Positions 26,990 through 37,538 of a stretch of 64,000 nt of DNA are shown piece by piece. Each line of letters begins with the position of its first letter. Within the stretch, counting starts at the first letter, position 1. This DNA is from a virus. Taxonomy: Duplodnaviria > Caudoviricetes. The stretch lies in the IMG/VR virus record IMGVR_UViG_3300031853_000007, positions 1 to 64,000 of that record; one strand, 5' to 3'. The notes below the pieces were generated by a model that was not told the DNA's origin, made no database searches, and saw only the letters and a program-made list of their open reading frames with translations. The translations under genes and the position numbers were made by a program.

Positions 26990-29980
26990 TTAATTGTTAG
27001 TTATAATATACGCAACATTGTTATTATCCAGATAATCCAAGAAAGCTTGATTAGCTATGCCGTTTTTGATATAAACCTTGAAATCGGCGTGGTTATTCTG
27101 AAACATATTAAGTGTTGCGGTAGAAGAGAGATTGTTAAGATGCGCAGCTAATGCGTTGGTTAGATAGAAAGCTGTCAGATTCGGATTGTTACACATGAAG
27201 TTGACAGTACCCGAAGTTGTGTTATTCGGCATAGTAATATAGAAAAAGTTGTTAAATACTACGTATGTCAAGTCCGCATTGTTACACAGTATATTAGTAG
27301 CAACATCTGTTGAACCATACATAACGCTTGTGTTGATATCTACCTCTCCATTTGCAACAAACCGATTCATACCATCAACGTCATTGAATACCGTAGAGCC
27401 ACCCATGTTTCCAGACCAACGTCCTGTTATCGGAATTGTCTCACCACCACTGGCAGTCAACTTGGCTTTATTAAACAACTGACACGCACCGCTAATTGAT
27501 AGCTTTGCAATTGAAATACTCTTCAAGCTTGCATTACAGAAAGCTTGCACCTTATCACTTTCAGCCCCTCCATAATGAGAAGAGATTTGAAGTGTTCCGC
27601 TGATGGTAACTGTATTAGTCGATGTGCCAGCAATCTCATAATCACCAGTTGTCTCATCATAATACGTTCCACCACAGAAGAGTTTACCGCAAGTATCAAT
27701 TTTGATGTCCTTAAAGTTGTGGGAGGCATTGGGATTCATAGCATCCCAACCGCCACCAGCAGAGTATTCACCATCGGGAGCATAACTAAACGCATCAACA
27801 TTCTTTATCTCAAACCTTCCGGTCTGATTGATACTAGCTAGTTTTGCAAGTGGGATAAATGTCATCTCGTCATCCTCGCCTACAACAGTCACATTATTGT
27901 TACTACCACATGAAAGCATATAAAAACTTGTTGATCTATCCATAAACGTTGGCGCAGTACCATAGCCGTAAATGAATATAGAATTGGCGGTTGCCAAACT
28001 AAGCATAGAGAGTCCCGCATCCGGCATAAAGTCACCTGAAAACTTCAAGTTAGCCAAATTAGTAGGTAAAGTTATAAACGATGTTGGCTTTAACGTGAGA
28101 GGGTGGTCGGTGAAGTCCAATGAACTCATGTTACTAGGGAACTGAATCCCTGTAACAATACCATTAGATGCTCTAGCTGCCTCTTCTAAAAATATAGCCG
28201 GGGCTTCATCGTTTAAAACACTTCCGAAGTCCGTAAAATACTTAAGTATTCCATTACCATTAACGGTCAGAGAAACACTATCATTTGATCGACCTCTACC
28301 TTTAAAGTAATATTTCTTATTTGTAGAAGTTGTAAAAGCAATACCTTCTACATGATAGTTTGAAGATGAACTTGGAATCCACGAATTAAATGTAAGAGTA
28401 GTGGGAGTACCTGAATATGTAAAGCCCGAAATTATTAAACTACCAGATGAAACATCAGCCCAATTAGCATATAATGTTGTATCATTATTAGGGCGCAAAT
28501 AGGTTTCTCCGGGTTCATAATCAATTGTGTTACTTCCAGTCCAGTACGTGAACTCATAGTAATCCGAATCTCCTGTCGAGTGATAAAAAGTATTAACATG
28601 ATTGATATTATCATAACCAGTCGCCGCAACAAAGGGACTAGCAATCTTAGCCGTCAACGAATTAGGTGCTGTCCCCTTACCGCCATTCAAATTATAACTT
28701 AACGTATATGATGGGTGACTAGGACTCTTCCATACATATGTGTACATCGCATCATTATAAATGTCTGTAGGAAGATACTTTAAATTTGTAGCAGTAATAC
28801 TCATAGCTTCCGTACTTGTACCAATTGTAATAGAGTTAATAATAAAAGGCTCCTGATCGAAACCAAGAGCCGAATCTGTAATTAATACTACGTCACCTTC
28901 GCATAAATGATATAAAGGTGGACACTGAAAGTTTGCCTCTAATGCCAGACAAGTTTCCTGCATAAGTCGATACTCCGCATACTCACGACACTTAGTTTCA
29001 GGTGTGTCAATAGTTTCATCACCTAAACTGATATAAATGATACCACCATTCTCAGGTAAGGTTCTTCGTCCAATCTTAGATGCACATAAAGGTGAACGAG
29101 GATTGTTATTTATTGCCGTTTCGGACACGTTAGGGTAATTTACGTTCTCCGTTGAAACGATGATTTTATTAACCCCGTTCATATCTATAGAGATACTTGG
29201 AGCTATATATCCCCATACTTCATCGTTAAATTCATAAGCAGGAGCCTTAAAAGCATACCAATAAGGACGATCGTCATTAAATACTCTGCGAACAGTTAAT
29301 CTACCTAATGTATCATAGAATATATCGCAACCAAAAGATGTCATAACCTCAGTGAGAAAGTCACCATAATAGCTACCCGCACTCATGGTGAACTCTTTGT
29401 ATAACCTCTGTTCACCTATATCGGGATCAATGATAGGTTCAATCGGGTCAAGAACCATGTCATTGCCTATGTTCATCATAAGGATATCTCTGATAACATT
29501 ACTTATCTTTGCTCCTACTTCAAACACCGTATCCATCTCGTCTGCCTGTAATACGTTTAGTGTTCCGTCAAGTTGAGCATACTTATCTACACCATTTAAA
29601 GAAACTGTTTTAGTAATACTATCTAAGTTTGCGTTTTGAGTAATATATACTCCTTTTGAAAACCAAAAACAATCATCTTCATAAACAATACCTAGATAGA
29701 CTCTAAACTTGCGATTGAACCAAAATGTATCTTCATCTAATAGATTGTAAATACCGCCAAGATTTACAAGATTAAACGAAAATGAACGTCTTGTACCTTG
29801 CGTATTATTATTAACTATTTTACCCGCATCACTAGAATCAATATCTTGTTCAATTCGATAGAGTGTATTCTCCATATGATCTAATAATTCCACCCTCAGT
29901 CGTTGAGACTTAAAGGGAGAGGATAGCGCACTATAATAGGCACTATTAGACACGTCATAATATTCAGCCGTAAATACCAC
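26990..29980 (-). CDS. Tail hub/Tal-like protein with C-terminal extension
   Basis: Second gene after TMP; GTRRS, DKYAQLDG, DIFYD..GRL; YNLNGG.G.AP...F..W...TLYA.W (Listeria-Bacteroides repeat-like). Confidence 0.7.
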   Translation of the reverse strand: MVFTAEYYDVSNSAYYSALSSPFKSQRLRVELLDHMENTLYRIEQDIDSSDAGKIVNNNTQGTRRSFSFNLVNLGGIYNLLDEDTFWFNRKFRVYLGIVYEDDCFWFSKGVYITQNANLDSITKTVSLNGVDKYAQLDGTLNVLQADEMDTVFEVGAKISNVIRDILMMNIGNDMVLDPIEPIIDPDIGEQRLYKEFTMSAGSYYGDFLTEVMTSFGCDIFYDTLGRLTVRRVFNDDRPYWYAFKAPAYEFNDEVWGYIAPSISIDMNGVNKIIVSTENVNYPNVSETAINNNPRSPLCASKIGRRTLPENGGIIYISLGDETIDTPETKCREYAEYRLMQETCLALEANFQCPPLYHLCEGDVVLITDSALGFDQEPFIINSITIGTSTEAMSITATNLKYLPTDIYNDAMYTYVWKSPSHPSYTLSYNLNGGKGTAPNSLTAKIASPFVAATGYDNINHVNTFYHSTGDSDYYEFTYWTGSNTIDYEPGETYLRPNNDTTLYANWADVSSGSLIISGFTYSGTPTTLTFNSWIPSSSSNYHVEGIAFTTSTNKKYYFKGRGRSNDSVSLTVNGNGILKYFTDFGSVLNDEAPAIFLEEAARASNGIVTGIQFPSNMSSLDFTDHPLTLKPTSFITLPTNLANLKFSGDFMPDAGLSMLSLATANSIFIYGYGTAPTFMDRSTSFYMLSCGSNNNVTVVGEDDEMTFIPLAKLASINQTGRFEIKNVDAFSYAPDGEYSAGGGWDAMNPNASHNFKDIKIDTCGKLFCGGTYYDETTGDYEIAGTSTNTVTISGTLQISSHYGGAESDKVQAFCNASLKSISIAKLSISGACQLFNKAKLTASGGETIPITGRWSGNMGGSTVFNDVDGMNRFVANGEVDINTSVMYGSTDVATNILCNNADLTYVVFNNFFYITMPNNTTSGTVNFMCNNPNLTAFYLTNALAAHLNNLSSTATLNMFQNNHADFKVYIKNGIANQAFLDYLDNNNVAYIITNN

Positions 29981-30011
29981 CTTCTTTCAATCAATTATAA
30001 TTTTTAGATTT

Positions 30012-32210
30012 TTAAGTACCAAATTGTTCGACTATTTGTATTTTGTCGGGACTCTCAACTTCTACCCATGAATAGGAGACATTTGTAAGTATTGGGTCAA
30101 CCGATTCATCGTAAGTACGAGAGGTGTTATCAGATATGGCAACAATCCACACATCACCTTTGTCTGATTTTAAAATGAATAAACAATCATCATTGATAAA
30201 TTTCAACCACCTATTAACTTTTTCAATATTGTCATATATCGACCCATCTGGACATTCAATACTAAGTAGATTAGTTGTAAATGTTCCAGACTGATATTTG
30301 TTATTTGTTCCGACTACAGTTGGGTACTTTGATGTACCAATATGAACAGTTCTGTTGAGATTAGATAAAATATTACCAGAGTCGATTGCAGAGATAAAAT
30401 GCCATGTCTCTCCTATATAATATGGTACCTGCATATAATATTGCTGCAACCAAAACTTATCTTCCTCGCAAAGAAGTTCAGTTACTGTTTCGCTCATTCC
30501 TCTCTTATATGGGTAAATCGAAGTAATTGTCCAACCGTCCCACGCAGTTGTGACTCTAAACGGCTTTATATTGGTGCCAGTATACGGAGCATAATTAGCA
30601 GTTGGATCATAGGTATTATAACCATCTGAGTTATTAAGAGCTTCTGTAACCATGTATTCATAAGTACGATTATTTCCGGCAAGGTAATCTTTGAATAATA
30701 CTGAGTTCTCCAAAATACCAAGCTTTTTCCATGTGACTTCTCCTTGCTCTCGGCGATAGATATTACGAAAGTATGGATAAGGTTGGCTTGCACTTTCAGT
30801 AAAAGTAAATATAACTCTCTGATTATTAGTATCTAATATAGTATTGTGATTGGTAATTAAAGAATTTCGTGTTGGTATGGGAAAATAAATTCTATCAGAT
30901 TTACGAAGTTGCTGTTTCTCATAAGTTGTCAAGATTGTTTCAACGTTAAATGATTCACCTATAGCCTTCACTGGTAAATTATAAATCATATGATAATTAA
31001 ATATATCCCCACTATCAGCAATGAGTTCAGAATTATCAAGACAGATACTATACAATGTAGTTTCAACCGGAATACTAGCTAACGGAGTCTTTAATGTAAC
31101 AATTCCTGTTGTTGGGTCATAAGATAGAATTGTTGAATAGTCTCCTGTGGTAACTATATTGTCAATGAAAGTTGCGGTTGGAGACTCAGCAAATCTGATC
31201 TTTTTTCCTGTAATACTATCAGATAGGTTTGTAGCAATCGGAATATGACTGTTGTCAATTTGATTTTCGATAGCTGATGTTGTTTCCTGTACTTGACCGT
31301 TGATGTAATTATTTCCGGACTCAGTATAAACCTTAAACCTGTAACTCTCCAAACCAACGTTATTTCCCTGTGAATAACTAGCTTTGCATTGCAATCCAAC
31401 AGGAACAGCTTTCGCCGTAAGCGTACTTTCTATTGGGTCTCTAATATAAAAATCATAAGACCCTTCACTCTCAGAACCACTACTTTCTATAAAGTTACAA
31501 TACAAGTAATATTGTATATTATCCCCTTGTAGCACACTTGACGGAAAAGCGGAATCTACTATAACTTCACCAGTACTTTTATTATAAGATGTCACCATAC
31601 GTTCTTCATGTCCTATTCTCATGTATGTGCAACCAATTATTTCGCCTGTTGCACTCCAATAACTAGGACTCCTTAGTTTAGGAATACCATTTTGAATATA
31701 CAGAACACTACTTCCGTTTTCGGGGTTTACTGTGTTTTGAACAATTCCACTAGAATAAGGAACTATACAATTAGGAATACTTTGATACTGCCCCGTTATA
31801 TCAGGAATACATGAATACATGGTTAATTTATAACTATAGTGATAACCAGTATATAGTGTTTGGTTTGGATCGTCAAAAGCCTCTCTTCTTATATTTGAAT
31901 GTACTGTATCTCCGCGATGATATACGTAGGGGCTATAGTCTTGCCAAGCATACGTTCTTACAGTTAGACTGCGGATTGTTTGCCCTGTCGTAGCATCATA
32001 AATCGTTATTCCATAAAACGCCATAGCATCACTTTGACAAGTGAATGATATTGGAAAAAGATCATCCCCGCTGGGTTCTGTTGCCGGCGGGTTGGGGTCA
32101 GAAGATGCACCCGGTGCGCCAAACGACCCTGAACCTGTCGAAAAAATAACCACGTTTCCATTTCTTGGATATACATTCGTGGGGGTCGCCAATGCGTTTC
32201 TTCCTGCCAC
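30012..32210 (-). CDS. Distal tail / baseplate-like protein
   Basis: First gene after TMP; C-terminal SKYP......Y.SG.FT...ILKSDKGDVW.V...SW.EV. Confidence 0.65.
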   Translation of the reverse strand: MAGRNALATPTNVYPRNGNVVIFSTGSGSFGAPGASSDPNPPATEPSGDDLFPISFTCQSDAMAFYGITIYDATTGQTIRSLTVRTYAWQDYSPYVYHRGDTVHSNIRREAFDDPNQTLYTGYHYSYKLTMYSCIPDITGQYQSIPNCIVPYSSGIVQNTVNPENGSSVLYIQNGIPKLRSPSYWSATGEIIGCTYMRIGHEERMVTSYNKSTGEVIVDSAFPSSVLQGDNIQYYLYCNFIESSGSESEGSYDFYIRDPIESTLTAKAVPVGLQCKASYSQGNNVGLESYRFKVYTESGNNYINGQVQETTSAIENQIDNSHIPIATNLSDSITGKKIRFAESPTATFIDNIVTTGDYSTILSYDPTTGIVTLKTPLASIPVETTLYSICLDNSELIADSGDIFNYHMIYNLPVKAIGESFNVETILTTYEKQQLRKSDRIYFPIPTRNSLITNHNTILDTNNQRVIFTFTESASQPYPYFRNIYRREQGEVTWKKLGILENSVLFKDYLAGNNRTYEYMVTEALNNSDGYNTYDPTANYAPYTGTNIKPFRVTTAWDGWTITSIYPYKRGMSETVTELLCEEDKFWLQQYYMQVPYYIGETWHFISAIDSGNILSNLNRTVHIGTSKYPTVVGTNNKYQSGTFTTNLLSIECPDGSIYDNIEKVNRWLKFINDDCLFILKSDKGDVWIVAISDNTSRTYDESVDPILTNVSYSWVEVESPDKIQIVEQFGT

Positions 32211-32295
32211 GATACCACTTCCTTTCTTAAATGTTTTGTATATAGAAAAACCACTGTGGATTCGACACCACAATGGTCTGGATTTTCATAATAAA

Positions 32296-32317
32296 GAGGG
32301 CGAGCGTACCCGCCCTC
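32296..32317 (-). terminator. Intrinsic terminator after TMP
   Basis: GAGGGCG/CGCCCTC stem followed by TTTATT on the minus strand. Confidence 0.7.
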
Positions 32318-32322
32318 ATAAA

Positions 32323-33286
32323 TTATCGACCTACAACGAGGTCTTGTTTCGCTTCACGGACATATCTGTCAAAGTATTCTTTAAACTTGTCATAGTTATC
32401 AACTATAACAGAACCTTCCATTACCCACGTGCGTTGCTGATTATATGTTGCACCAGAATTGTTTATAACTTTATTCTGAGCGTAATTATAATCTCTGATG
32501 GGTAAACCATTGAATACAGTATTAGATTTAGCAAATGCGGAACCTATACTTGTAGGTACAGACTGCATCAGCTTAGAGTTAAGGAACCGATTAAGCTTTT
32601 CTTGTGCTGAATCGCTAAGTCTTGAATGAGTAGTCTTCGGTTGAGTTCTAGCGTCATTCAATTCTTTGTTGCTATACTTTTCACCCTGTTTGTCGTACTC
32701 GGGATCGAAGTATTTTCTCATTTCATCGTACGACCCAAACATATCCATAAACTTGCTTACATCAAACCCTTCTTTGTTAAGAGCTTGAAGCATAGCACGG
32801 AAACGATCAAGTGCGGCAGTTTGTTCATCTGTTGCTTTTGCAAACTCGGCTGAGTAATTCTTGTAGAAATCAAGATACTCTTTCTGGTCATTTCGGAGTT
32901 CCTCATAAACCGAAAGTTTCTTTTCAAGCCGCTCGATTTCGTTGTCAATCTCTTTAAGCCGTACATCAGTAATCTCTTTGATTCGGTCTTGTATTTTACC
33001 ATACTCTGTTTGATACTGAGATACTATGCTGAGGTCTTGACTTGCAATTTTCTCACGCCAGTCTTTACCGAAAACGGCGGCGGCGTTCATCTCATCTTGA
33101 CCATTCTTCCAAGCGTCAACCGCCTCTTGCCAAGTTTCCTTGTAATTATTCCATGATTCGATTTGAGCATCATAGTTTGCAAGAGCAGCTTCTTTTTCTT
33201 TTTCAAGGTCTTCGATTTCATACTCACGAACCAAATCGTCATATTCCTTTTGGGCTTTTTCGACTTCTTCGGTGTTGGTTTCTATT
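32323..33286 (-). CDS. Tape measure protein exon 3
   Basis: Joining TGG GT|A ATA GAA gives RGWVIETNTEEVEKAQ, in frame with ORF 33234-32323. Confidence 0.9.
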
Positions 33287-33575
33287 CAATCTGTTACTTT
33301 CCCGTTTTCACGGTACTGACCCTTTCGGGCGGGTAGTCATTTCTGGCTACCTCTCACGTTTCATCGTTAAGTTATAGCGTGAGTTCGGACTGTATCTTCA
33401 CCCTCTATATTAATAGTAGGGGAGTAGCGAAGGTCTGTATGTTACCATACTAACCACTTTACAGTCTCTACGGTTTCTTTGTATAAAGTCTTACCTCGGT
33501 CTTATCTACTTCTAGACTTTAACCGATATAGCTACTTGTTTATAATATATTACTATATTAATGGGCAATATTATT
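33287..33575 (-). ncRNA. Group I intron 2 of TMP (289 nt, no ORF)
   Basis: P1 TGGGT/GCCCA with U.G; P10 TATT/AATA; P7 GACTGTA/TACAGTC (GTAGAGACTGTA, GAAGATACAGTCC); terminal G at 33287. Confidence 0.92.
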
Positions 33576-36028
33576 ACCCAACCTCTTGATGCTGAATACC
33601 GCCTAACCTTATTGTTTTTAGCCTTTTCAAGAGCAAGCTCCTTTTCACGTAGTTCGTTTATACGGTCACGTTCCTCAGCTTCCTCTTTTAGTGCGTCAAT
33701 CTGGTTGTCGTAGTATTCCTCAACTGCGGCTTTCTGCCGTTCAAGAGCGTCAATCTGCTTGTCGATTTGGCGGGTTACCGCATTAACAGCAGAATCGTAA
33801 AGCGCCGCCTGTTCTTCAAGAGTTTCTTTCTCCTCTTCAAGGACTTCGCGCGCCTCTTTCCGCTTCTTGATTTCCTTGTTGATCTTGTTGATAGTTTCGG
33901 TCAACTTGTCAATATTAGCCTGAATAAGCTCCTTTTCTTTAGCGTAAGCATCGTTTGTATCTTCGACTTCGGTTGTTATATCACGGTCAATTCTGAGCAG
34001 CTCAATCGCTTGCTTGAGAACTGCTTTGATATTTTCGTCGTCGGTAGAATTGTACATGAGAAGCAATTCTTTAAGAGAACTTTCGGTAGTGGTATTGATA
34101 AGCTCCTGCATACGCTGTTTGAGAGTATCGGCATCATTAGCATATTGGAGTAAGTCGGGGAACTGGTCAAAGAAGTCATCGCCGAGAGTTCCACCCTCTT
34201 CAAGAGTTTTGTATGCAGACTTAAGAGGATTGATGGTATTGTCGATAAGGTCTTTGAGTGTATTCTCTGTTCCGTCTATTGTGCGGACACCGTAGAAGTC
34301 GTGCCAATTGAAGGATTCGGCTTTAAGGATACCACTAATTGTACGTTTGATTTGATCCTTGTCGGGATTAAACCAGTTAATCTTATTATTGATTTCACCC
34401 TGAACTAGTTTTAAGAAAACTTCAAGTTCGCTTTCATTAAGTTCAGGAATGATTTCAGCAATGAATCCTCGCTTGTTGCCACTATGGAAACCAAATCTTT
34501 CGTCAAAAGCAGTATTGATTTTACTAATCCAATCATAAATCTTTTGTTGAGTTTGAGCTTCATCGGTATCAATAAAGAATTCACTAAGATCCGGCATACT
34601 ATTTAGAATGGAATCAATAGACGCAACGATAGCTTCATTAGAACCTAAGAAACGATTTTTATATTCATCTACACTGTCGGCAGCAGATAACATATCCTCT
34701 CTTAACTGATTAAATTCCTCTTGAGTTTTAGGTACGCCGTTTTGGTCGGTAATATCCAAGTAAAGCATTTGAGCAACAGCGGAATTTGCAGCGTCTCTTA
34801 ATTCTTTAGCTTTTTCATAGGAGCCTTGTAAATCCTCTTGCTTCTTTAGGATGCTATCCCATAACTTATTACCCTCTAATTCTTGTTGAGTATATAATCC
34901 TTTAATTCTTCCCTCTTCAAGAATCTTTTGCATTTCTAATAATTTTTCGTATGCCTCGATTGCAGAATCTAAATCATCGACTTCGCCAATATCGAAAAAA
35001 TCAATGTTTACATCACGACCACCAGTTAAGAGATCTAGTGGAAATATTCCTGTGCTCATCTTCTTAACTTCTGTTTCATACTCGATTCCTGCTTTTTTAA
35101 GCTGATCAACCATTTTACTAGTGGATTCGTCATCTATATCAAATGTTATTTCATTATATTTTCCACTAATAAATGAATCTTTGGTTTTCTTTTGGAAGTT
35201 TTCTAGTTCTTTAGTGTATCCAGCAAAAGCATCGCTATAATCTTGTTTGAGAGCATCAGTCGTTACCTTATTGATACTACCATCTAAGTCGTCATATTTT
35301 TCTCTAAGAGTTTTAATTTCGTCTTCCTCATAACCTAAAGCTTTCAAAAGAGCGTCGGTTTTATTTGTGAGATTTTCTTTTGAAGCCGCACCCTCGTCGT
35401 ATGCACTTTTAACAGAGGAATATTCTCCATATAGTGATCGAATTTGTTTAATTTCAGATTCCGCTTCCTCGCCTGTTTCTATTATCTGCTCTTTTAATTC
35501 TTTTTGCTTTTGAATTAAATTAGCTACTAAACCGATGGTGGCAGATATAATCATACTGATTCCAGCAGATGCTAACCCAGAAACTATTTGAGCGCCCATA
35601 TTTTTAAGTGCGCTCCAAGCGCTATCTTTCACATAAGCCGCAAGGCTTGCTTTAGCTCCGTTAAGCTGAACCAACTGACTACCTAATGCGTTATTAGTTT
35701 CAAGAATAGCTTCCGCCATCTTACCTCTAGAAACACTGTCGGCTTGTGCGTTATACATATTAATAGCTTTTATGCCACCCCAAAATCCGCTAGTAACTTT
35801 AACCTGAGACTGATAGAAGTCTTTTGCAGAATAATTAGCTGCATCGGTTGTTAGTGCATACTCTTTCAGTCTGTGATTTAATCCATCTTGAAGCTGAATT
35901 TGGTCTTTAGTTAATGTCCCTAACTTGACCAATTCCATCTCCGCTGTTTTATAATCAGGTAACTCTACTCCTCTAATTTGACGAAGGAATATTTTTTCAC
36001 CATCTTTTATGTTGCTAGTGTCGAATAT
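33576..36028 (-). CDS. Tape measure protein exon 2
   Basis: Frame open 90 nt upstream of the ATG at 35938 (IFDTSNIKDGE...); hydrophobic segment and long coiled coils. Confidence 0.9.
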
Positions 36029-36077
36029 CAGACATAGTTAATGTGTAAATTTGTGGATAATAAACACATTTTCAATC

Positions 36078-36106
36078 TTGACAATATATTAATTCAATGA
36101 TATAAT
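36078..36106 (+). promoter_or_regulatory. Consensus sigmaA promoter inside the intron, antisense to TMP
   Basis: TTGACA-17 nt-TATAAT with TG extension. Confidence 0.9.
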
Positions 36107-36141
36107 TATATAAAAACAATAATTAGAAAGAGGTGTGATAA

Positions 36142-36747
36142 GTGAAAAGAAGTATTTACCTTATAATAGTTGGAATAATGCTTGTGATAAGTATGATTCT
36201 GGTTATATTTTTAGTTGTTCAGCGAAAAACATATAGTGGCGCGTATGATTCCTATAGTCATTCTAATCATTTAGATAATGATTTTGAAAAATACATTAGA
36301 GACTCAAATTTTCGCAGTTCTAATCAAACACCTATATTTCTAGCGTATCTCGGAAAAGATAAAACAATTGATAATTCCACCAATATCGTTTTAACTGTAT
36401 GGATCTGGGACGATGTGAATAACCAAAATATAGAAAAAAACTGGTCTGAACTTTCCTCGGAAGAAAAAAAGAATGACCTTCGTGAATGTGCAGAACTGGT
36501 TGAAAAATTCTTGAAAAACAAAGATGTACCTTATAGTTATCATATTTACGTAAACGTTCAAAACACCTCCAAATTAGGAAATTATGTTTACGACAAATCT
36601 CATGATTCAATATGGATACCAAATTGTGAAGAGAAAATAAAAAAAGGTGAATATGATGAACCACCATCATTAAAGGAAGGATATCATGTCTGCATATTAA
36701 ATAGTAAATTCACAGAAGTTGGCAAAGAAGAATCCACCCCATACTAA
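36142..36747 (+). CDS. Intron-borne antisense gene: N-terminally anchored membrane protein
   Basis: MKRS plus ~22 hydrophobic residues; own promoter, RBS AGAGGTG and terminator. Confidence 0.85.
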   Translation: MKRSIYLIIVGIMLVISMILVIFLVVQRKTYSGAYDSYSHSNHLDNDFEKYIRDSNFRSSNQTPIFLAYLGKDKTIDNSTNIVLTVWIWDDVNNQNIEKNWSELSSEEKKNDLRECAELVEKFLKNKDVPYSYHIYVNVQNTSKLGNYVYDKSHDSIWIPNCEEKIKKGEYDEPPSLKEGYHVCILNSKFTEVGKEESTPY

Positions 36748-36750
36748 CAA

Positions 36751-36778
36751 GAGCCACCCGAAAGGGTGGTTTATTTTT
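36751..36778 (+). terminator. Intrinsic terminator between the two intron cargo genes
   Basis: GCCACCC-GAAA-GGGTGGT then TTATTTTT; weak U-tract on the minus strand. Confidence 0.85.
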
Positions 36779-37202
36779 ACCAATCCACCCCGGACACATC
36801 GCCTGTCACAATCGACTCAATGATACCTACAGAGACAACCATACATTTGCCTTCATCATAAGGATGTTCTATTCTCAGGTTTCCCTTTAACTCGCCGTCT
36901 AAGAATTTCTGATAATCCTCTTCCGATATGTATCCCCAAGGATTACAAGACCAAAAGTCGTTTGTATCAACATAAACTAAAATATATCCGTCGGGTTCTC
37001 TAAGTGATGGTTCATTGGCTTCATTTCCTTCACCTATACAGTATATCCCAATAGTTAGAGCGGCAAATATCAATATAGCTATTATACACCTAAGCCAAGC
37101 GTCTCTGCATTCCTTTTTCTCAGCTTGTCCCCACGTTTCGTCTTCCCATTTTTGTGTTTTACGTTTGGGTTTGGGTTCATCTGATTCACGCCTATAACTC
37201 AT
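36777..37202 (-). CDS. Intron-borne sense gene: single-TM membrane protein
   Basis: RBS AAGGAAG; charged N-terminus then CIIAILIFAALTIGIYCIG; no nuclease motif. Confidence 0.8.
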   Translation of the reverse strand: MSYRRESDEPKPKRKTQKWEDETWGQAEKKECRDAWLRCIIAILIFAALTIGIYCIGEGNEANEPSLREPDGYILVYVDTNDFWSCNPWGYISEEDYQKFLDGELKGNLRIEHPYDEGKCMVVSVGIIESIVTGDVSGVDW

Positions 37203-37538
37203 TTTAATCTTCCTTTCTTTCTATTCCTTTCGCACTTTCCCACCGTAGCAGCGAATCGCTACGTATGATTTTCTACGTTCCCGTAGTTGTCTGGAGTACC
37301 CCATGACGACTCTCGCCGCCCTACCATTATACTCTCTGAACCTTCCTACTAAGTAGGCTTGGCTGCGGATTATGCGGTATCTCAACCGCCCTTCCCGAAC
37401 GAGATTCATAAAACTCGTTACGCAATGCGCCAGTTTCGGTAGTTTTTCCAAAGCTCTCTTGTCAATTAAATCGACTCGTTCCGTGTTACCACCAGAGCTT
37501 ACTCGGGCATATTCATCGAGGGTAAACATTCTAACCCT

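Larger units (their letters stand above)
36029..37538 (-). mobile_element. Group I intron 1 of TMP (1510 nt), atypical core, carrying two non-endonuclease genes
   Basis: P1 CTCGGGT/GCCCGAG (U.G); P10 GAATAT/ATATTC; P3 CTACC/GGTAG; AATCCGCAGCCAAG; P7 GAGTAT/GTACTC; P8 GGCGGC-GAGA-GTCGTC; P9.0 AGACA/TGTCT then terminal G at 36029; phase-0 in-frame junction KTGSG|IFD. Confidence 0.88.

Noticed and set aside
32244-32278. Hairpin with GTCGAATCC loop as a tRNA fragment
   Set aside because: Simple hairpin followed by a T-run on the minus strand; more likely a second terminator or processing stem.
36052-36060. Perfect DnaA box (TTATCCACA) as a replication origin
   Set aside because: Single copy in AT-rich DNA; no cluster of boxes seen.
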